NCBI GenBank assembly: GCA_964016885.1
Contig: OZ024740.1
Span: 420,608,001-420,672,000 of the forward strand
Direction of reading: 5' to 3'
Source: Eledone cirrhosa
Taxonomy: Eukaryota
DNA: 64,000 nt
Shown: piece after piece, positions 50,848-64,000 of the stretch
Numbering within the stretch: position 1 is the first letter of the stretch
Layout: each line of letters begins with the position of its first letter
Translations under genes and position numbers: made by a program
Notes under the pieces: model-generated
Databases searched by the model: none
What the model saw: only the letters and a program-made list of their open reading frames with translations
Told to the model about the DNA's origin: nothing

Positions 50848-51529
50848 AACTAGTAAAACTGTAAAAACGCAGCGGTATATTCTAATTTGGCCCTTTTAAG
50901 CGCCACCTATATTTTCATTAAGTAACTCCACTTACATCTATATGCTTTAATAAAAAAAATAAAAATAAAAAACGCGTGAAAAAAAAAAATTTTCATTTAA
51001 GTAACTCCACTTACGCGTGGTAGTAATACGGAAATAAACGATGTTTTGCTTTCATCGGCTGCTTCGACCGACAGCTAATAGCGTTGTAGTGCCAGTGAAT
51101 GAACAAAATTAAGTGTTTGATGTAAGAAAGTGGTCCCTCGCCGACAGGGCCAAAGTTCTACCCACAGGCCCCACCCCCTATTATCTAGAGAGACCTATCT
51201 ACACGCGAATTATAAATAATATATCTATCTGTACAATACTAAAAGTCTGTGATTGCGTGTCTATAATGTAATACAGCCAAAAGGGCGCATAATGGGAAAA
51301 CACTTTGAAAGGAAGTTGACCCTGAAATGGGAATACAAATGGAATAAAACAAGTTCCGCGTAAATCAGACCACGGGTTCCCGAGATATGGGGTTTTTGCA
51401 GGTACCTTCATAAACAGAGAGAGAGAGAGAGAGATAGTGGTTGTGACAGAGTATTTTGAAAGAGAGACAGAGAGAGAGAGAGAAGAGACAGAGAAGTAGA
51501 ATGGAAGAGAGAGAGAGTTGGTGGTGTTG

Positions 51530-51590
<61 letters not shown>

Positions 51591-51645
51591 TAAAACAAAT
51601 AATGAATAAACAATGAAAACAGTTCCTTATATTAAACAAAAAAAG

Positions 51646-51799
51646 TTCATTATTTAACGATCGTTTCTAGGATATATATGTGTTAGAATTGGCATGCATA
51701 TTCAACAGATCTATGTACAAAATTATACAAAATTATACAAACTATCAAGATTAAATATACATACCAACACATATATACGCCGTCTTCAGAAATAATGAA
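51646..51799 (-). ncRNA. type I hammerhead ribozyme, long stem II (inverted copy)
   Basis: Reverse complement of 55463-55616. Confidence 0.7.
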
Positions 51800-52923
51800 A
51801 TATATTTATTGATAATAACAACAATTCAAAATTTCAGGTCCGTTTGGGAACAAAATTGACCAATGAAAATACAAAAGGTTTAATGCAAAAGGTTTAATTT
51901 GGTTTTAATTTTAATCAACCTAAAAATTTTATTTAATTGGCTTAAAATTAGTATCCTTATACAGACGAATTGCAGAATGTCATGTAATCATAGAATGGGA
52001 TGTGTTTTGGATATATACCTAGTTAATATATTCTTTGCAATTTTTGAAAAAATATGTATATGTATATGTGTATGTGTATGTGTGTGTGTGTGTATATGTG
52101 TATATATGTATATATATATGTATATATATGTGTATATATATATGTGTATGTATATGTATATGTATATGTATTAATTTTGATTTCTATTTGCATATAATTA
52201 TATTCTGCTATTGATAAAATACAATATCTGTTTTATTTATTATATACCTAATTAACATATACTATAGAAATAAATATATAATTTTTAATTTAGTTAACCT
52301 ATAATTTATATTCTACTACCGATGTAATACTTTATTTGTTTTTTCCCTATTACTAAATTCATTTCCTAATATTGATACCATAACGTTATTAACTTTAATT
52401 TAGTTATACTATAATTAATACTCTACTACTATTTAACTTCAAAATTCTGCTTCAAATATTATAAACTTAACTAATTTACACCTTAGAAATCAATATGTTA
52501 ACTATCTTTAGTTTAGTTAACATATAATTTAATGGTATACTTATTTATTTTGAAATGCATAGATTTTGCCTTATTTCTTGTTTATTGTATTTCCTAACAC
52601 TGAAACTATGTAAAAAAATATACATTGGATCCTGATACGGATAATATTCTATGTTTCTTGAAACATATATTTACTATAATCCCCTTCTCCAACCCCCCCC
52701 CCCTTTCCCCCATACTATTACCATCTGTGTTTGTAGGCGTGTATGTATGAATATATATGTAGGTAGGTGTATATATGTTTGGGTATTTATATCTGAATAT
52801 AAAAATACATATATGCGCATGCAAATAAGAATGTAAGATTGTGTGTGTATATATATGTGTGTGTATGTATGTGTATATGTGTATATATGCATGTGTGTAT
52901 ATATATGTGTGTGTGTATGTGTG

Positions 52924-53002
<79 letters not shown>

Positions 53003-53263
53003 GTGTGTATGTATGTATGTATATGTGTGTGTGTGTATATATATGTATGTCTCTCTATTTATATGTCTATCTTCGTATCTATGTGGATATATGTGTGTGT
53101 ACGCATGTATACACATATATGTGTTTATGTGTATATGTGTATATGTGTATATATATGTATGTGCACACACATGTATATGTGAGTGTGTATATGTGTGTGT
53201 GTATATGTGTGTGTATATATATATATATATATGTATCTATGTGCGTATATATGTCTATATTCG

Positions 53264-53310
<47 letters not shown>

Positions 53311-53898
53311 GTTATATATATATATTATTTATTATTATAATATAACTTATGTGTATGTGTGTATATGTGAGGGTGTGTATATGTATATATATGTGTATAT
53401 ATGTGTGTAAAAAAATATATATGTGCATGTCTGTTTTTTATGTGTGTGTATATATATATATGTGTATATATATGTATATGTGGGTGTTTTTATGTGTATT
53501 TTTGGTTGTATGTGGGTGTGAGTATATATATATAAATGTATGTGTGTATATATATATATATATATATGTGTATATATATCTCTATTAATGCGTGTATATA
53601 TGTATATGTATATGCCTTTTTCTTTGTATGTCTGAGTTGGGTGAGGGTGTAGTGGTGTTTCTATGTATATACGCATATATGGATGCGTATGTATTTGTAT
53701 ATATGAGTATATGTAAGTGCGTATGTATGTATGATTATATATCTAATTCTATGTATGAGTATATATGTGTGTATGTATGTTGTGTGTGTATGTAAGTATA
53801 TGTCTATGTGTGTATATATATATGTATGTATGTGAGTGTATGTATCTATGTATGTGTATGTATGTACATATATGTCTATGTATGTGTGTATGTATATG

Positions 53899-53961
<63 letters not shown>

Positions 53962-54519
53962 TCATTTTTTATATATATGTGTGTGTGTATGTGTGTGTGG
54001 GTGTGTATATATATCTTTATATATGTGTATGTGTATGTTCGTGTAGGTGTATGTGTGTGTATGACTAAATATGTATGTGTGTATGTGTGTATGTGTATAT
54101 ATATCTATGTGTGTGTACATGTATGTATGTGTATGTACGTGTATGTGTGTATATGTGTATGTGTATGTATATGTATATATATATATATGTATATATATAT
54201 ATGTGTATGTATATATATATATATATGTATATGTTTCTCTATTTGTATATGTATATGTGTATAGGTATATACCTTTTTCTTTGTATGTCTGAGTTGTGTG
54301 AGAGTGTAGTGGTGTTTGTATGTATATACCGATATATAGATGCCTAAGTATTTGTCTGTATGTATGTATGTATGTCTGTATGTATTTGTGTGTATATATA
54401 GGTATGTATGTGTATATCTGTATGTATATATGTATGTAAGTGTATGTATATGTGCGTGTATGTGTGTATATATATGTGTGTCTATATAGTATGTGTGATT
54501 ATATGTGTATGTATGAGTG

Positions 54520-54588
<69 letters not shown>

Positions 54589-54750
54589 ATATATATATGT
54601 GTATTTATATGTATGTGTGTATATGTATGTATGTGTGTATATGTATATGTTTATATATGTGTGTGTATGTATGTTCTAAGTGTGGATGTGTGTATATGTA
54701 TGTATGTGTTTGTATGTGTGTATGTGTATATGTATGTGTGTATGTACGTG

Positions 54751-54824
<74 letters not shown>

Positions 54825-55462
54825 CTTGATATATTTCTTTTTCTTTTTTCTTTCTCTTTTTCTTTTTTTCCTTTTTAATGTTTATTTATTATTTATTATT
54901 TTTTATTTTTATTTTCTTAGTTTATAGATACATCTATATTAAGCAGTCTGCCCAAACAGTTGAATACTGACCTCTCCCCCCCTCCCACCTAATTTCTGTA
55001 TCTTGATCTAAATGTGTGTGCCAATGTTTATGTGAGTGAATTAATATCCATGTGCTTAGGATTTTATATCCACATATATATATGTGAGTGGGGGTGTGTG
55101 TGTGTTTGTATGTTCGTAGTTTATGTGTATGTTTATGCATATACGCGAGTGTATGTGTGATTGTACGGATATGAGTGAGTATGAAAATATGTATATACAC
55201 TTATTTCATATTTATGTGTCTATACGCATCTTATCTGTGCATTATAAACTTACAGAGACATTAACCTTGAAATTTTGTATTTGCATCCATCCTTTTCGTA
55301 TGCGTATACAAGTTGTGCATACATTTTTGTAAAATATGTGTAAGGGTAGTTACATGTATATACACACACCGAACTGCATTAAACCTTTTGTATTTTCATT
55401 GGTCAATTTTGTTCCCAAACGGACCTGAAATTTTGAATTGTTGTTATTATCAATAAATATAT

Positions 55463-55616
55463 TTCATTATTTCTGAAGACGGCGTATATATGTGTTGGTA
55501 TGTATATTTAATCTTGATAGTTTGTATAATTTTGTATAATTTTGTACATAGATCTGTTGAATATGCATGCCAATTCTAACACATATATATCCTAGAAACG
55601 ATCGTTAAATAATGAA
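55463..55616 (+). ncRNA. type I hammerhead ribozyme with 115-nt stem II
   Basis: Stem I TTCATTATTT/AAATAATGAA (10 bp), CTGAAGA at 55473, GAAA at 55595, palindromic stem III CGATCG, GUU cleavage site after 55606. Confidence 0.75.
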
Positions 55617-55810
55617 CTTTTTTTGTTTAATATAAGGAACTGTTTTCATTGTTTATTCATTATTTGTTTAATATTTTATCTTGACTCTGTATACCGTTTA
55701 TCTTTCACCGAAAGTGATTTTTCATTACATCTCTTCTTTCCATGATATCCGGAATACATTGAGTTCTTCATACGGATTGGACACTACCGTAAACTCTTGG
55801 TAGATTTATC

Positions 55811-55960
<150 letters not shown>

Positions 55961-56100
55961 GAGTTAAACAAGATTCAATGAGTACATCAAAGAAGGAGTT
56001 TTACAGTAGATTGGAAGCACTCTATGTAAAATAATTTTCCAGAGTTATTAATATTAAAATACAAATATTAATAAAATATTAATAAAATAGATGTTCTTTT

Positions 56101-56172
56101 TATCAATTACATTGTATTATACATATTTCGGATGTACAACAGTACGTCCTCATCAGACAAAATATAATGATA
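56101..56172 (-). ncRNA. type I hammerhead ribozyme
   Basis: Minus strand: CUGAUGA-GGACGUAC-UGUU-GUACAUCC-GAAA-UAUGUA-UA. AUA cleavage site; stem I about 16 bp with one mismatch and one bulge. Confidence 0.7.
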
Positions 56173-56235
56173 TATCATTTTAATAAATATATGTTTTTTT
56201 TTATACCCCGTGAATTTCGCTATAACGGAATTTCA

Positions 56236-56278
<43 letters not shown>

Positions 56279-56285
<7 letters not shown>

Positions 56286-56536
56286 ATACTTTGGGAGGGT
56301 CATGTTGCCAATAAGAAACACACGCACCAGTTGCTTTCACTTCAATTTATTATATATTTATAAATTTACAAATTTATAAATTTCTGGTTGGTTGGTTGGT
56401 TCCACAACCAGATAGTTGTTTATATATAGTCATAGTTCTTTCGTCACACACTCTGTGACCTCTTCCCAAAGTATAATAATATCGGTTTCAACACACGATT
56501 TCAGATAAAGAATCTTGCTAAACAAATTCAGAAACG

Positions 56537-56538
<2 letters not shown>
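56279..56538. mobile_element. short non-autonomous element with ~25-bp inverted arms and a tail
   Basis: TATTGTTATACTTTGGGAGGGTCA / TGACCTCTTCCCAAAGTATAATAATA. The tail GTTTCAACACACGATTTCA is shared with 15445-15498 (reverse complement). Confidence 0.55.
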
Positions 56539-56601
<63 letters not shown>

Positions 56602-56655
56602 TAAAAAAATAATGAATAAAACAATGAAACAGTTCCTTATATTAAACAAAAAAAG

Positions 56656-56805
56656 TTCATTATTTAACGATCGTTTCTAGGACATATATGTGTTAGAATT
56701 GGCATGCATATTCAACAGATCTATGTACAAAATTATACAAAATTATACAAACTATCAAATATAATATACATACCAACACATACATATGCCGTCTTCAGAA
56801 ATAAT
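56656..56805 (-). ncRNA. long-stem-II hammerhead copy with stem I shortened by a SINE insertion
   Basis: Reverse complement of 61553-61702; a SINE fragment is inserted at 56806. Confidence 0.6.
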
Positions 56806-56908
56806 TGTTTCTACTTTAGGCACAAGGCCAGCAATTATCCCAGTGTATTACTGGTACTTTATTTTATCGACCCCGTAAGGATGAAAGGCAAAGTCAACCT
56901 CGGCGGGA
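56806..56908 (-). mobile_element. SINE fragment inserted in one pseudo-LTR arm
   Basis: Absent from the partner arm at ~61553; nearly identical to 49120-49219. Confidence 0.8.
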
Positions 56909-57261
56909 TGAAATATATTTATTGATAATAACAACAATTCAAAATTACAGGTCTGTTTGGGAACAGAGTTCAAATTGACCAATGAAATACACAAAAATAT
57001 ATCAAGAAAATATAGTTAGGTGTGTGTATATATGTAAGCAACCTCGTTCACAGATATGCATAAAAATATATGTTCACATGCATACGCATGTCGAAAAAAT
57101 GTATGTAAATACAAAAATTCAGGGCTAATGTCTCTGTATGTTTATAATCTACAGACAAAATACACATACGTATATAAACATATATACACTCATATATACA
57201 CACATATACATACATTCATACATACACGCGCATATACACATAAACATACACATACCCACGA

Positions 57262-57333
<72 letters not shown>

Positions 57334-57565
57334 GTATATATTATTACTATAACTATATGGATATTAAGGCGCACACATAAACACTGCCACATATATTTAC
57401 ATCCAGATGCAGAATTAAAGTAGGTAAAGGGGGTCAGTAATTACTGAGGGTGTCAGACAACTGCCTATTTATAAAATGTATCTATAAATTTAGAAATAAA
57501 AAGAAATATATTAAAAAGAAATAAACAAGTAAAATATATACTCATACATAAAATACACACCGATA

Positions 57566-57617
<52 letters not shown>

Positions 57618-57871
57618 AATATATATATTTATATACACACATATATATAGAGACATATACATATACATATATAAATACATAGACACACATACAAACACAC
57701 ATATATATATACATATACTCACAACACATATATATACACATATATGTACATACACATATACATACATACATATACATATATACACATATATATACATACA
57801 TATATACACACATATATATATATACATACAATACTATAAACATACAACCTAATATTACCAACAAACACCAA

Positions 57872-58837
57872 ATGAAAAGTACACACCTAAACGCCACTCA
57901 CACTATACCCCAAAATACCAACAACTCCTCTAATATAAAGTATAGTAACTCTCAAAAAACTACTCATCATACAACTCTAATAAATGTCAATAATAAAACT
58001 CCTAATAAACAAGATAAAAGACCTAAATCAATAAATCTAACTAAAAATGTGCGTGGTGAGGTCATTAACATTAATCCTCCTAGTAAACATCACGATGCAA
58101 CCTATAAAAATAATAAACAACATAGAAACCGTAATAGACGAGTTACTTGGTATAATGCTCCATTTAATTTACAAATTAAGGATAATATTGCTAAAAAAAA
58201 TTTTTATATCCTAGAGAAAAACTTCCCGCCAAACCACAAATACCATCAAATCTTAAATAGATCAACAGTTAAATTCTCATACTCAACAACAAAAAACATA
58301 AAACAAAATATAAGTGCCTATAATGCATATAAATGTAAAAAAACCATAAGTATACCACCAATACATCAAACTAACCATAATATCTCCTCAAATACAGAAT
58401 TAACGAAAGGTTGTAACTGTAGAAACAAAGCAAACTGCCCATTAAAAGGAAATTGTCTTGTTAACAACATAGTTTATAAATGTAAAGTTAAAACTAAAGA
58501 TTCTATTTGCTCATATATAGGAGCTACTTCTAACAATTTTAAGGTAAGCTTTAATACCCACAAACATAGTTTTAAAAATGCCGCACTGGCTAATACAACA
58601 TCTCTAGCAGAAAAAATTTATAGTTATAGAAATAAGAATATAGAATATGATATGACCTGGAGTGTGCTCAAAAGAGCCACCCCTTATCAAAATAATAGAA
58701 ATGAATGTAGATTATGTTCCCAAGAACTATTTGAAATAATGAAATCTAAGGATATCCTATTAAATAAGCGACAGGAATTAATTATATCGTGTAATCATAA
58801 ACTGAGAAAAACATTTAAATATTATAAACCTAATTAA
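57872..58837 (+). CDS. Penelope-like retrotransposon ORF, linker plus GIY-YIG endonuclease (RT missing)
   Basis: RRVTWYNAPF, VKFSYS, CNCRNKANCPLKGNC, IVYKC...YIG, CRLC..E and LLNKRQEL..C.H, typical of the Neptune-type PLE C-terminus. Open to the stop codon. Confidence 0.9.
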   Translation: MKSTHLNATHTIPQNTNNSSNIKYSNSQKTTHHTTLINVNNKTPNKQDKRPKSINLTKNVRGEVININPPSKHHDATYKNNKQHRNRNRRVTWYNAPFNLQIKDNIAKKNFYILEKNFPPNHKYHQILNRSTVKFSYSTTKNIKQNISAYNAYKCKKTISIPPIHQTNHNISSNTELTKGCNCRNKANCPLKGNCLVNNIVYKCKVKTKDSICSYIGATSNNFKVSFNTHKHSFKNAALANTTSLAEKIYSYRNKNIEYDMTWSVLKRATPYQNNRNECRLCSQELFEIMKSKDILLNKRQELIISCNHKLRKTFKYYKPN

Positions 58838-59294
58838 TAATATATATTTTAGAAATCAATATATAATTTAATTTAAATGTAGTTAACCTATAACTTTAAT
58901 TTAATTAAAATTCTACTACAGATGAGATTAAAAAATATTGTGTAATCATAAATTGTGAAAAACTTTTAAATATTATTAACATAATTATATACTTTGTTAA
59001 TTAATTTATAGATTAATTTTAGTTTATTTAACCTTTTATTAAAATTCCTTTACAGATGAAATATAACAAAATATCATGTAATCAATAACAGAGAAATACT
59101 TTTTAATATTATAAACCTAATTAATGTACAATTTAGAAATTTATTTATAAATTAATTTTAATTTAGTTAACCTATAATTTTAATTTAGTTAGCTTAAAAT
59201 TAAAATTCTAATACAGATGGATTGCAGAATATCATGTAATCATAAACTGAGATAAACTTTTAAATATATACCTAATTAATATATTCTTTACAAT

Positions 59295-59354
<60 letters not shown>

Positions 59355-59710
59355 TTTTAATTTTTGTTAACCTATAATTATATTCTACTATAGATGAAAT
59401 ACAAAATCTGCTTTAATTATTATAAACCTAATTAACATATACTATAGAAATTAATATATAATTTTTAATTTAGTTAACCTATAATTTATATTCTACTACC
59501 GATGAAATACTTGATTTGGTTTTCCCTATTACTAAATTCATTTCCTAAAATTGATACCATAATGTTAATATTTTTAATTTAGTTATGCTATAATTAATAC
59601 TCTACTACTGTTTAACTTCAAAATTCCGCTTTAAATATTATAAACCTAAGCAGTATACACCTTAGAAATCAATATATTAACTATTTTTAATTTAGTTAAC
59701 CTATAATTAA
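58785..59710 (+). repeat. degenerate ~130-150 bp tandem repeats starting in the ORF end
   Basis: ATATCATGTAATCATAAACTGAG...ATTATAAACCTAATTAA...TAGTTAACCTATAA...TTCTACTACAGATG recurs about six times. Confidence 0.7.
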
Positions 59711-60073
59711 TAGTCTACTTATATTAAAATGCATAATTTTGCCTTCTTTCTTACATTTCCTAATACTGAAACTACTATGTAAACACATATTATGATCTAA
59801 ATGCAGATTAATATTCTATGTTCCTTGAAACCTATATTTACTATTTCCCACTAATAATTTTAATCCCCCCCCCTATAATTATTCGTATTTGTAAGCGTGG
59901 ATGTATGGATGTGTATGTAAGTATGTATGTATGTATGGGTGTTTGTATGTGAGTATAAAAATACATATGTGCGCATGTAAATAAGTGTGTATGATTGTAT
60001 ATATATGGATATATATATATATGTATATATGTGTATGTATATATATATATGTCTATATATATATGTGTGTGTG

Positions 60074-60104
<31 letters not shown>

Positions 60105-60181
60105 ATGTGTGTATATATATTTGTAGAGATGTGTGTATGTATATATATATGTGTGCATAATTGTCTGACTGTGTGTATTTA

Positions 60182-60292
<111 letters not shown>

Positions 60293-60345
60293 ATGTGTAT
60301 GTGTGTGTGTGTGTATATATATTTATGTATATGTATATATCTATA

Positions 60346-60418
<73 letters not shown>

Positions 60419-60771
60419 CTCTTTATTTATGTATGTCTGAGTTGTGTGTGAGCGTGTGGTTGTATGTGTATATATATACATGGATATGTTATGTGTATGT
60501 ATATATACGTATATGTATGTGTGTGTGTGTATATATATGTGCGTGTATGTATATATATATATGTGTGTATATATGTATGTATATATATGTGTGTATATGT
60601 ATATATGTATATGTGTGTATATGTATATATGTATATGTATGTATGTGTATGTGTATGTACATATATGTGTATATATATGTGTTGTGAGTATATGTATATA
60701 TATATGTGTGTTTGTATGTGTGTCTATGTATATGTATATGTATATGTCTCTATATACATGTGTGTATATAA

Positions 60772-60865
<94 letters not shown>

Positions 60866-61094
60866 CGGTGTGTATTTTATGTATGAGTATATATTTTACT
60901 TGTTTATTTCTTTTTAATATATTTCTTTTTATTTCTAAATTTATAGATACATTTTATAAATAGGCAGTTGTCTGACACCCTCAGTAATTACTGACCCCCT
61001 TTACCTACTTTAATTCTGCATCTGGATGTAAATATATGTGGCAGTGTTTATGTGTGCGCCTTAATATCCATATAGTTATAATAATAATATATAC

Positions 61095-61201
<107 letters not shown>

Positions 61202-61549
61202 CGTGGGTATGTGTATGTTTATGTGTATATGCGCGTGTGTGTATGAATGTATGTATATGTGTGTATATATGAGTGTATATATGTTTATATACGTATGTGT
61301 ATTTTGTCTGTAGATTATAAACATACAGAGACATTAGCCCTGAATTTTTGTATTTACATACATTTTTTCGACATGCGTATGCATGTGAACATATATTTTT
61401 ATGCATATCTGTGAACAAGGTTGCTTACATATATACACACACCTAACTGTATTTTCTTGATATATTTTTGTGTATTTCATTGGTCAATTTGAACTCTGTT
61501 CCCAAACAGACCTGTAATTTTGAATTGTTGTTATTATCAATAAATATAT

Positions 61550-61702
61550 TTCATTATTTCTGAAGACGGCATATGTATGTGTTGGTATGTATATTATATT
61601 TGATAGTTTGTATAATTTTGTATAATTTTGTACATAGATCTGTTGAATATGCATGCCAATTCTAACACATATATGTCCTAGAAACGATCGTTAAATAATG
61701 AA
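61550..61702 (+). ncRNA. type I hammerhead ribozyme with 114-nt stem II
   Basis: Stem I TTCATTATTT/AAATAATGAA, CTGAAGA at 61560, GAAA at 61681, CGATCG, GUU cleavage site after 61692. Confidence 0.75.
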
Positions 61703-61912
61703 CTTTTTTTGTTTAATATAAGGAACTGTTTCATTGTTTTATTCATTATTTTTTTAACATTTTATCTTGACTCTGTATTCCGTTTATCTTTCACCGAAAG
61801 TGATTTTTGAATGCATCTCTTCTTTCCATGATATCCGGATTACATTGAGTTCTTCATACGGATTGGACACTACCGTAAACTTTTGGTAGATTTATCTATA
61901 TATATATATATA

Positions 61913-62022
<110 letters not shown>

Positions 62023-62549
62023 TGTATGTATATATTTGAAAATGGGGTAAGGTTCTATACAAAACAGAGGTGATAGAAAAAAAACGTAAGAATGGGAAAA
62101 GTACGGAAATATATTTAAAGAATCTTTTCTTTGATCCGTCAAAGTGACATTATCGAAAAAAGGACTTTTATAAAGTATATAAAATATAACCGGTTTCGAT
62201 GTAATTTTATCAAATATTAAATATTACAATTTAAATTTTAAAAAGAATTAAAAATTAAGTGTTGGACTGTTCTTATTTCATGCTGGTTATATATATAACT
62301 TTATTTATATGCTTTGTAAAATAAAAATTGATTTATATTAAATCTAAAAAAGAATTAATGTTGCAATATTAAAGAAAATGTAAAGGAAGGGGTGAACAAC
62401 CAGAGCCAACACCAGAGCAAAAGAATAGACAGCAGCGTCACGAAGAGTACTGGGAAACCTCTCTAATGATTTTTGAGGCAAGCCAGCAGATTTAGATTTA
62501 AATTGTAATATTTAATATTTGATACCAGTAATGTTTTATATACATTGAA

Positions 62550-62590
<41 letters not shown>

Positions 62591-63041
62591 AAGTATGTAT
62601 ACGTACATACATATATGTATACAGACGTACAGTAGTATGTATATATATATACATACATGCACACATATATATATATATATATGTACGTATGGATTCACCG
62701 AACATTTATTATAATGCTCGGTGTGTTTGTAAACAAACATCCCGTATTAAGCCGTACAGTGTCTAGCAACAATCGTTGTTCATTTGTTCAACACTGACAA
62801 AGGAACGCTGTACTAGTTTCAAGCTTATTAGCTATCGTCATATACATATATGTATATACATACTTATATTTAAGTAACAGCCGTACTAAGAGTGTGAAAT
62901 GAAATTTCGTTTCATTTTTTCCGTTTATCGTTTTCGGTACCCCGGCCCATTAACTCACTCGATATCCAAATTAGGCTGCTCAGCTGTTAATATGCATAAG
63001 GAAAGTATATACTTTCAGACGTTCAATCATCTGGCAGGAAG

Positions 63042-63092
63042 GTATACGTTGCTGACGATAGCTAATAAGCTTGAAACTAGTACAGCGTGTAT
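63042..63092 (+). ncRNA. minimal type I hammerhead ribozyme (Penelope-type)
   Basis: GUAUACGUUG-CUGACGA-U-AGCU-AAUA-AGCU-U-GAAA-CUAG-UA^-CAGCGUGUAU: 10-bp stem I, 4-bp stem II, palindromic stem III, GUA cleavage site. Confidence 0.85.
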
Positions 63093-63384
63093 AAGGCTAT
63101 ACATTTCAGACAACGCTAAGAGAATTTTAAAAGTGACTGTCCAGCTACACGTGGGAGAGAGAAGTCACAGCGTGTTTAAGGGCAGTGAACCAGTGGCCTC
63201 TGAGGGACGAGCTGCTAGAAAGGGCAGCCCCAAACCACTCAGAGAAGTGTGTTCAACCAAACAGAGGGATAGGAAAGACTGTTATAAGGAGAAAAATATC
63301 ACGATAAATTAACAGAGCCATAGAGCCTCACCATTCCCTGTAAATAATGTGCTCAGAGAAGAAATCCTGAGCTCTTTAAAATAC

Positions 63385-63820
63385 AATATGTTGAAAAGGT
63401 AACACACCAGAGAGAGATATACAGTGCGCTATCAATAAAACAAGGAAAAAACCAGCAGTGTATGGAATCTATAACCTATGAAAGGCAGACTATAATTAAA
63501 ACACGATAATTAAAAATATAAATTAAAGCGTAAATAAATACCTCTATAACTATATAACACACGTACAAATCCAAAGACATCTGATCGCCAGTAAGTTGTT
63601 GACAGAAATGGAATAACCCCGGTTCCTCAGTTTCAGACAACACTAAGAGAATTTTAGCGCCAAACTTTTCCTTTTGAAAGAAAAATGGCGCCAAACTTTT
63701 CCTTTTGAAAGAATAATGTGATTTGTCACGTGATTGTGTTCACGTGATATTACCTCTAAATATTTGAATACGTACACAGCATTCTCGTCACGAAGGGCGA
63801 GAGTGACAATCGCGCAAACA
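63385..63820 (-). mobile_element. second copy of the ~430-bp probable pseudo-LTR
   Basis: Highly similar to 49537-49965. Confidence 0.55.
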
Positions 63821-63831
63821 TATATACATAT

Positions 63832-63929
<98 letters not shown>

Positions 63930-64000
63930 AAAGTTATATTTAAATTGTTGTAAGTCAACATGAATGGATCTGTTATTTTTATCTAAAGACATTTTTTCCA

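Overview
AT-rich, repeat-saturated animal genomic DNA. The SINE, RTE and microsatellite content suggests a coleoid cephalopod, probably an octopus (inferred, not proven). A 200-N scaffold gap at 30234-30433 means the two halves need not be truly adjacent. Left half: the last four coding exons of Vps52 (+ strand). Its introns and 3' flank carry tRNA-derived SINEs, CR1 and RTE LINEs, MITEs and many locally amplified minisatellites, one of which repeats a Vps52 splice donor. Young RTE copies have a PHD-type finger inside the RT region and sit in (TA)n tracts. Middle: about 14 kb of interrupted (TA)n with polarity switches. Right half: tandem palindromic MITE-like units, terminal-inverted-repeat elements enclosing TTAGGG-derived hexamer arrays, a Tx1/L1 3' fragment and possible acidic micro-exons. 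From 48.7 to 64 kb there is a dense nest of Penelope-like elements (GIY-YIG ORF, inverted pseudo-LTRs) with several hammerhead ribozyme motifs. The most notable is a four-copy hammerhead with an unusually long (~115 nt) stem II. All RNA structures were folded by eye.
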